This document shows, one piece after another, positions 11,678 through 18,101 of a DNA stretch of 64,000 nt. The stretch is from Candidatus Kaiserbacteria bacterium (GTDB lineage: Bacteria > Patescibacteriota > Minisyncoccia > Phycocordibacterales > UBA2100): positions 129,837 to 193,836 of the forward strand of contig JACRFI010000016.1 of the NCBI GenBank assembly GCA_016217965.1. The letters are read 5' to 3'. The number at the start of each line of letters is the position of its first letter. Position 1 is the first letter of the stretch. The notes under the pieces were generated by a model. The model was not told the origin of the DNA and did not search any database. It was given only the letters and a program-made list of their open reading frames with translations. Both the position numbers and the translations under genes were made by a program.

Positions 11678-12577
11678 ATGTCAAATTTGAACAACCCCTT
11701 ATCTGACAAGCAAAAAAAATGGTTGTCTGGCTCAATAGAGGAATATAGTAGCTCCGAGAAAATATCTAGTCCAAAACTGAAAAAGATGCTATCAAACATC
11801 GACTTGAACATCGTTACTCGTATTGCAAACCGTCACTTGGCAAAAGCTCAAGTAAAAAAAGAACAGTCCACGCACGCTTTTGATTTTAAGCAGATTTCTG
11901 TTGCAGATGACAACCTACAGCTTGTAAAAATGTCTCGAGAAATGGGTCCTGTGATGTTTGAAATGACAACGGGAAATATTTATTTCAACCCACGTCATTT
12001 TTTTAGATTGATGCATAAAATTATTAAGCACATTCCCGAAAAGGAAAAAGACACGATGCTACAAGCCCTAACAATCCTATCTCTATTTCACGAAGTCGTT
12101 CATAAAATGTCATTAAACTGGCATCCAGAGGGGGAAGATAAAATTCAGATGCATTCGGGCATGGAAAAAAGAACATTAACGCTTAACGAACACGGGCACG
12201 CTGTAGATCAAAAACATAATTTTCTGGAAATGCTTGATGAGGTGGTGGCTCGAAAGCTTGAATTAGATATGTCCTTAGAGTATCTACAAAATGCCAGCAT
12301 AGCGGGGGTGTCGGAGCAGTCACTACGCGATGCCCATCAAATTGTTTTAGACGCGGGAGGAAGAACTCAAGGGCAACGAACGTTAAATGATTTCGTGCGC
12401 AAGCTTGCCGAAAAAGCAGACCTCCCTGAAGATGTCGTGTGGGCTGGTTTCAAAGAGGCATTTTTCACAAATCGCGATATTGAGGGCATAAAAAAGGATA
12501 TGGAAAAGTTTACAGGGGTCGACATAGTAAGCGAGATGCAATTTCAAGACCTTATGAATTCACTCGGTTTTGAGTAA
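11678..12577 (+). CDS. Hypothetical protein with HExxH zincin-like motif
   Basis: LFHEVVHKM with downstream EMLDE; AT-richer than flanking housekeeping genes. Confidence 0.65.
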   Translation: MSNLNNPLSDKQKKWLSGSIEEYSSSEKISSPKLKKMLSNIDLNIVTRIANRHLAKAQVKKEQSTHAFDFKQISVADDNLQLVKMSREMGPVMFEMTTGNIYFNPRHFFRLMHKIIKHIPEKEKDTMLQALTILSLFHEVVHKMSLNWHPEGEDKIQMHSGMEKRTLTLNEHGHAVDQKHNFLEMLDEVVARKLELDMSLEYLQNASIAGVSEQSLRDAHQIVLDAGGRTQGQRTLNDFVRKLAEKADLPEDVVWAGFKEAFFTNRDIEGIKKDMEKFTGVDIVSEMQFQDLMNSLGFE

Positions 12578-12650
12578 ATTTTCCAATTTCGTTGCAGATA
12601 GCCACGCTATAATCCCGTGCCAATCCCGTCCCACGAGTGCAACTCGTGAA

Positions 12651-12683
12651 GCAAAAACTCTTCCAATTCGGGAGAGTTTTTGC
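12651..12683. terminator. Strong hairpin, probable intrinsic terminator
   Basis: GCAAAAACTCT...AGAGTTTTTGC inverted repeat. Confidence 0.7.
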
Positions 12684-12697
12684 ATATGAATGAACGA

Positions 12698-12826
12698 GTT
12701 GTCGGGGCGGGACTTGGAAAGGGGTCGGGAAAAGGAAGTTTCCCGTGGAGGAAGGCAGCGATCCGCCAGTCGGCGGGCAGCGCTGGGGAACCGTGGGTTT
12801 CCAGAGTGTCTAGCCTCCGCAACAAG
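12698..12826. repeat. Structured element bounded by inverted and direct copies of the tRNA-fMet 3' end
   Basis: 12698-12716 matches the reverse complement of 11583-11601 at 17/19; 12808-12826 matches 11586-11604 at 16/19. Confidence 0.75.
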
Positions 12827-12856
12827 TTTTGCGCACGTTAGTGCTATATTGGCTCA

Positions 12857-13389
12857 ATGGGTGAGGAGGACATTGAACCATTACGACCAACAATAGAGGT
12901 TTTGCAATTAAGCGCGAACGATTGGGAAAAACTACGCGACATTAAACTGCAAGCGCTTCGAGACGAACCTCTCGCATATGGCGATACGCATGAGAAAGCG
13001 TTGGCACGTTCTGAGCAAGAATGGCGCGGCGCGCTCGAAAAAGATCACTATCTATCTGCGATGCAGGGAAATTTGATCGTAGGAATAGCACGAGTAGATT
13101 TTGATGAGGGAGGGGGGAGAATGCCGCATATATACACGATGTCTATGTTGCGCCTGATGCGCGGCGCAGGGGTGCTGCTAAAAAATTAATGGAGCATATG
13201 GAGCGGGAAATATCCAAGAAAGCTGGTGTGGAGAAAATAAGATTGTGGGTCAATGTGACGCAAAAAGGAGCCATCGGCCTGTATAAAAGTCTTGGGTTCA
13301 AGAGCATTCGAACATATCCCGTGTATGCACGCATTTTTCCGGCAAAAAATGCGCAGTTTCAAATGGAAAAGATAATACGTGCAAAATAA
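12857..13389 (+). pseudogene. GNAT acetyltransferase, frameshifted at a G6 run
   Basis: N-half (WEKLRDIKLQALRDEPLAYG) joins the other frame (ENAAYIHDVYVAPDARRRGAAKKLM...NVTQKGAIGLYKSLGF) if one G is added at 13112-13117. Confidence 0.8.
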
Positions 13390-13446
13390 TGACAAAGTTC
13401 CGTAAATCATTGAAAGCAGGTGCAAGAAATGCTACTTTTCTATGAC

Positions 13447-13521
13447 GCCGGGGTAGCTCAGTCGGTTAGAGCGGTCGTTTCATAAGCGACAGGTTCGTGA
13501 GTTCGATTCTCACCCCCGGCA
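13447..13521 (+). tRNA. tRNA-Met (CAT), elongator (Ile2 not excluded)
   Basis: GCCGGGG/CCCCGGC acceptor stem; anticodon arm GTCGT-TT CAT AA-GCGAC; TTCGATT T-loop. Confidence 0.9.
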
Positions 13522-13604
13522 CAAATTTAAGTCTAGGCACAGAACCGCGAATTTATCCACAAGATGTGGTTAAACATATCTCCTGTCACGTGCTATTCTG
13601 ATGC

Positions 13605-14309
13605 ATGGCGCCGCTGTACAGAGAGCTCAACCACGACTTTTTTAAGAGTTGGTCCTCAGATATGGGCTACGTACTCGGGTACTTTGCAGCCGATGGGACG
13701 ATGATAAAAAGCCGCCGCGGCGGGCATTTTATAGAGTTCGATAGCATTGATAAAGTTCTAATTCAGCAGGTCCGTGCGGCCATGAAATCTTCTCATCACA
13801 TTGGTGTGAGAAGAAGGGATTTGAAAAATAAGAATTGGAAAACGGCGTATAGGTTGCAAGTGGGTAGTATAAAAATGTTCAACGATTTGCAGAAGCTGGG
13901 TTTTACTCAAAAAAAGTCACTGACTATTAAATTTCCGACCATTCCAGACAAGTATTTTTCAGATTTTGTTCGGGGTTATTTTGATGGCGATGGAAATGTG
14001 TATTTCAAGAAACATTATGCGAAAGATCGGAAGCAGAAAAGATGGGTATTCAGTTCTCGATTTACATCAGGTTGCAAGCAGTTTCTGATTGATCTTCACT
14101 CATCGTTGGGAAAGCATGGGATCAAGGGGGGATTCATACTTAGCAATAAGGAGCGGAGGGGTTTTAATCTCGTGATGAGCCATCTGGATAGTCTTGCACT
14201 TCACAAATTAATGTATAATACTGCCCCTGATACGAGTCTCTACCTGCCTCGAAAATACAAGTTATTTAGGAAGGCTTTGAAGACGATGTATCCAGAAATG
14301 CGGGCGTAG
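13605..14309 (+). CDS. Free-standing double-motif LAGLIDADG endonuclease
   Basis: YVLGYFAADG and FVRGYFDGDG motifs; stop codon lies inside tRNA-Asp. Confidence 0.88.
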   Translation: MAPLYRELNHDFFKSWSSDMGYVLGYFAADGTMIKSRRGGHFIEFDSIDKVLIQQVRAAMKSSHHIGVRRRDLKNKNWKTAYRLQVGSIKMFNDLQKLGFTQKKSLTIKFPTIPDKYFSDFVRGYFDGDGNVYFKKHYAKDRKQKRWVFSSRFTSGCKQFLIDLHSSLGKHGIKGGFILSNKERRGFNLVMSHLDSLALHKLMYNTAPDTSLYLPRKYKLFRKALKTMYPEMRA

Positions 14310-14374
14310 CTCAATTGGTTAGTAGCGCGTCCCTGTCACGGACGAGGTTGCGGGTTCGAGTCCCGTCGCTCGCG
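14300..14374 (+). tRNA. tRNA-Asp (GTC)
   Basis: GCGGGCG/CGCTCGC acceptor stem, G discriminator; anticodon arm CGTCC-CT GTC AC-GGACG. Confidence 0.92.
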
Positions 14375-15997
14375 CAAGTTGGGACGAAGGGTGGCGAGAG
14401 CCACCTTTTGTCGTTGTAATTGCTTACTTTCGGTACTCACTTTCGCCAGTTCAAACTCATTTATTCGAGATTCGATTGTAGCTTTTTGCTCGATAATCGG
14501 AATCAACCATTCTACGGGCTCAAATGTGAGCATGTGGTCTTTTAAGCGCCAGTTCAAACCCATTGCAGAAACGATGGCTCGCTTGGTCTCCGTATTGCCG
14601 GAGACAAATGCGCTCTTAGCGTGGCAGGCGAACTTGAACGCTCGTTTTGTAAGTTCGCGCCACGTCGCCGCCTTGTCTCCCGTCTCGCTCATTTTTGCCT
14701 TCGTCAGCGTAAGCTCGTTGCTGATCCTCTCTTTGTCGCGCAGGAACTCTTCATCGGTAATCATGTCTCGGGCGCGCATGTGTCGGATATTCTCAAATTG
14801 TTTCTCAAGATCGGCGACAGTCTTCTGCTGCATGGCGTAGATTTTTGCTTGCTCGTCGATCTCTTGATCAGACTGCTCCGCAAGAACAGTGAGCGCCCAG
14901 TCCTGAAATTCGGGAAGGATGCGGAACTTCTCGATTTCTTCCGCTATTTGCCCCTCAATCGTGTCGACATTGGTATAGAGACCTTGTGAGCATTCCTCAG
15001 GATGTTTGCGACCATGGGGGCAGTAGTAGAGCGAATAGGTGGCAACGCGCTTCGTGCTCTTCAATACCTTCTCTTTGAAAGTCGCGGAGATGCGTCGTTC
15101 ACAGTCACCACAATCAAAGAGACCAGTGAATGCATATTCATGGCGATTGGGACGGCGTTTGCCTTCGCGTCCCAGAATGATTTGTACCTGGTCGTATTCT
15201 TCGATTGTAACCATAGGCGTATGCTCACCCTTCTTCCAGTTTCCGTCTCTGCCGATGATAAGTCCTGCGAAGAAAAGGTCGGTGAATATGCGGTATATCG
15301 TGCTTCTGCTCATTGGGCGGTCACCACGTACCCTGGTCTTGCGACTACGGTAACCCCACTCGTTGTTGACCTTCCAAAGAATTTCGTCGGCAGTATAGTT
15401 GCCAGTAAGCATCAAGTCCCAAGCCTTGCGCACGATGGGGAAACGCTCTAAGTCTACTTCAATGTCATTCTCGCCACGGGGCTTGAACATGGAGTTCTTG
15501 TAACCTGGGGGCGCACTGCCGGGTCGCCACCCCATGTCTTTTTTGGTATTGAGGGCGCGTTTTACCGCAACACCACCGTCGTCCGAGGTTTTCTTTGCCA
15601 TACCAAACTCGAACTGCAGAAAAAATTTATCGTTCGGGTCATCATAATATTCTTTCGTGGGCGTCTTTACGACGGCGAGCTTCTTTTCGTCTATCAGGGT
15701 GATAAGTAAACCGCCATCAAAGGCATTGCGCGCGAGACGATTCGCGTGCCACACGGCGACGCCGTCTATTACCCCCGATTCGATGTCGTTCATCATCTCT
15801 CCATAGACAGGTCGTCCGCGTTTGTGGGCGGTGCGACTCTCACCTGGATACCATTTGACGATATTGATGCCACTCTTCACAACCATTTCTTGTATTTCCC
15901 TCCGCTGATCTTCGAGGGATAACACTTGGCGATCTGCGGCTTCCATGCTCTTTCGCATGTATGCTCCGAAACGGACTCGTTTGATATCGATGTTCAT
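14336..15997 (-). CDS. Large serine recombinase (integrase)
   Basis: YMRKS catalytic motif, NRLARN, recombinase domain (PPGY, GEHTPMVT), zinc ribbon CGDC...YYC...C, coiled coil; last codons are antisense tRNA-Asp. Confidence 0.93.
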   Translation of the reverse strand: MNIDIKRVRFGAYMRKSMEAADRQVLSLEDQRREIQEMVVKSGINIVKWYPGESRTAHKRGRPVYGEMMNDIESGVIDGVAVWHANRLARNAFDGGLLITLIDEKKLAVVKTPTKEYYDDPNDKFFLQFEFGMAKKTSDDGGVAVKRALNTKKDMGWRPGSAPPGYKNSMFKPRGENDIEVDLERFPIVRKAWDLMLTGNYTADEILWKVNNEWGYRSRKTRVRGDRPMSRSTIYRIFTDLFFAGLIIGRDGNWKKGEHTPMVTIEEYDQVQIILGREGKRRPNRHEYAFTGLFDCGDCERRISATFKEKVLKSTKRVATYSLYYCPHGRKHPEECSQGLYTNVDTIEGQIAEEIEKFRILPEFQDWALTVLAEQSDQEIDEQAKIYAMQQKTVADLEKQFENIRHMRARDMITDEEFLRDKERISNELTLTKAKMSETGDKAATWRELTKRAFKFACHAKSAFVSGNTETKRAIVSAMGLNWRLKDHMLTFEPVEWLIPIIEQKATIESRINEFELAKVSTESKQLQRQKVALATLRPNLRERRDSNPQPRP

Positions 15998-16021
15998 AGG
16001 ATGATTTCTTATCTACTAAAA

Positions 16022-16210
16022 TCACCCTTTTGCAGTCCTACTTGGGCGTGCGTTTCTCTTGGAGCGCTCGTTTTGGCGGACCACCGTTGCGAAGAAGTGC
16101 ACGAGCTGTGTGCCTTTCGCCAGTACTTCCTCTTTCGTAAGCGCAACACCAAAGCGCTTCAGGTAGAGCGCCTGGTACTGCGCGATGTGGCTGTCCGTGA
16201 GAGATGGCAT
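16022..16210 (-). CDS. Small protein upstream of the recombinase (candidate directionality factor)
   Basis: 62 aa, LTDSHIAQYQALYLKRFGVALTKEEV; same strand as the recombinase and 24 nt before its start. Confidence 0.7.
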   Translation of the reverse strand: MPSLTDSHIAQYQALYLKRFGVALTKEEVLAKGTQLVHFFATVVRQNERSKRNARPSRTAKG

Positions 16211-16282
16211 GCAAATGCGGGTGTCGTAATTTCATATGCATTTTCATTTCATCTTCGTCCCTGCCGCGGACGCATAAATAAA

Positions 16283-16365
16283 GCCCAGAGAGGAAGAACG
16301 CTGTGACCTTCTTGTTGCGCAAAGGCGGCGTCCCTCCTCACTGGGCGTTATCACCCTTGCGCAAC
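16283..16365 (-). promoter_or_regulatory. Structured 5' leader with two interleaved helices
   Basis: Helix A 16352-65/16314-27 (14 bp) and helix B 16328-46/16283-301 (18 of 19 bp); G-U pairs only on the minus strand; TATCCT candidate -10 at 16376-81. Confidence 0.65.
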
Positions 16366-16585
16366 GTACACAGGAAGGATAGCTGAGTCCTGCAAGATTT
16401 TTTTGTGGATAACCACTCCCAACACTCTCACAATTAAATAGTCCTACGTAAGTATGATTTGCCCTTACAAATAAAAGAGATTTTTAATTCTGTTTTTAGC
16501 ACTTGCCACCAGCTCCGTGTCATTGTCTCGTTCGTTATCCACAAAACCGATTTTAGGACTTAGATACAAACGGAACATACCTCTC

Positions 16586-17044
16586 GGCAAGAGGGGTGGA
16601 GCGACCGAAAGCTAATAACGCTTCGGCACGTTGTAGCGGGAAAGCCGCTGCGGAGATACTGGCAAGGTGTGGGGGCATGTACTCGTTAACCCGCTTGCCG
16701 GAAGCCATTAAACTAACGACTCCTCCTGATGCTCTCTAGACAGCAATCTAGAGCCTTACGCGGAGATGGTGCCTGAAGTCATTCGGGCACCGCCTCCGCT
16801 GAAGGTCGCTTCAGTGAAGAGATGCAAACGTGCACGTAGTCCAACTGGTGAGCGTGCATATGCATACCAAAACGGTACGGCAATGGAAAGTCAGCGGTGT
16901 TACAGATGTCCGCAGGCGAGTCGCCCGAAAATCCTGTGAGATTCAGGTACCGATAGTCAGCCAGACGTGTGTTCCGAGAGACAACGGACAAAAGCACACA
17001 GGATCAATGACGTTATTCACGACGGCATTCTCCCCCCTCTTGCC
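16586..17044 (+). ncRNA. Candidate ~460-nt structured non-coding RNA of unknown family
   Basis: Terminal 15-bp stem with one bulge (16586-601/17030-44) enclosing about 10 hairpins; G-U pairs favour the + strand. Confidence 0.65.
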
Positions 17045-17078
17045 TTATCGGAGTCATGTGGGAGCACTCGGGCGATCA

Positions 17079-17603
17079 TTACATGCCACCACCGCCAGCA
17101 GAGCCCCAGCAATGGGTCGCGTCGCAATTTGGCGTGGAGTCAGTACCCACCTTTACCTGGTTTATGACCGATTGAATGTTGATAACGTCCTGTTGTGTGA
17201 ACGATGTCGGAGGAGGCGGCGTTTGCGTGACGACGGGGGCGGCAACTTGCGACGGGACTACGATGTAGGTCGGGGCTGGTTGCGGCTGTCGTATCTGTAC
17301 TGTCGGTTTGGCGATGGTCGCGTTGAGGCGATCCCACGCCGCTTGGGTTTCCATCTGTGTTTTCGCCTGCTGCGCCATTAAGTATGCACCGTTCTGTTGC
17401 GAGACCTGGGGGCGCCATGACTGGAATACGTTGTAGAGCGAGAGAGGCGCAGAGCGCATCAGGTCAAGATACGAGGGGACGATTTCGAAATACCAAGGTC
17501 GCGCGGGGGAGGTACCACGTCCGAATATGTCGTACGCCAGCGCCGTGTTAATGGGGGCGACGAGGAGAAGCGAAAGAGCGAGGAATAGGACTGATTTTTT
17601 CAT
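17079..17603 (-). CDS. Secreted hypothetical protein
   Basis: Signal peptide MKKSVLFLALSLLLVAPINTALA from ATG 17603; Pro/Gln/Thr-rich C-half. Confidence 0.7.
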   Translation of the reverse strand: MKKSVLFLALSLLLVAPINTALAYDIFGRGTSPARPWYFEIVPSYLDLMRSAPLSLYNVFQSWRPQVSQQNGAYLMAQQAKTQMETQAAWDRLNATIAKPTVQIRQPQPAPTYIVVPSQVAAPVVTQTPPPPTSFTQQDVINIQSVINQVKVGTDSTPNCDATHCWGSAGGGGM

Positions 17604-17703
17604 ATTAAGTCTGCTATTTGATAATCGGTTCCCAAGCCGTGCTTCGAGCATAGCAAATAATTCCACTTTGGAATATCCCACTATGGAATAGAGCATTGAT
17701 GGC

Positions 17704-17925
17704 ATGAGGAAGTCCATCCATAGCAAGGAACACGCGGTTTTTATCGAGCGGCTCAGGCAGGCTCGTTTGGACGCGGATCTGACACAAGCAGAGGCTGCCA
17801 AAAAGCTTGGTTGCACCCAGAGCTACATCTCGAAGATCGAGTCCGGAGAGCTACGGGTGGACGCTGTGGCGCTCCGACGCTTCGCCAAGGTCTACCGTAA
17901 AGACATCGCCTACTTCATCAAGTAG
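17704..17925 (+). CDS. XRE-family HTH regulator (C-protein-like)
   Basis: LRQARLDADLTQAEAAKKLGCTQSYISKIESGE. Confidence 0.9.
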   Translation: MRKSIHSKEHAVFIERLRQARLDADLTQAEAAKKLGCTQSYISKIESGELRVDAVALRRFAKVYRKDIAYFIK

Positions 17926-18101
17926 GACGTCCTATCCAGTCCTACGAGACGAGGGGGTGGTTGTTTCGTAATGATTCCCGTCCTATGCATGGTGCCATCC
18001 GGAATCGGGTCGGCTCGCATTTTTGGAATCGGGTAGCATCCCCAGTTGACCACAATCCCTCGCGGGTGTTTTTTATCCTTTTGTCCTATAATTATAGGTA
18101 C

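Noticed and set aside
13447-14374. LAGLIDADG ORFs as part of tRNA group I introns or inteins (also 37730-38509)
   Set aside because: The neighbouring tRNAs are complete and uninterrupted, and the ORFs have their own starts and stops with no intein splice motifs.
16404-16543. Chromosomal oriC
   Set aside because: Only two boxes, inside a mobile element, with no dnaA/dnaN nearby; similar boxes occur singly elsewhere.
16711-16960. Group I intron core in the structured region (AACGACTC; TAGTCC; GATAGTC)
   Set aside because: The R/S-like words do not give a convincing P7 pairing, and no P/Q elements or interrupted host gene were found; left as unclassified RNA.
16779-17381. ORFs 16830-17381 (+), 16779-16997 (-) and 16967-17167 (+)
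   Set aside because: No recognisable protein features; they overlap the structured region or lie antisense to the signal-peptide gene.
17604-17816. Upstream extension of ORF 17079-17816, and similar extensions at 17961, 32446, 34988, 40562 and 45748
   Set aside because: The extensions overlap neighbouring genes or promoters; downstream ATGs give proper signal peptides or family N-termini.
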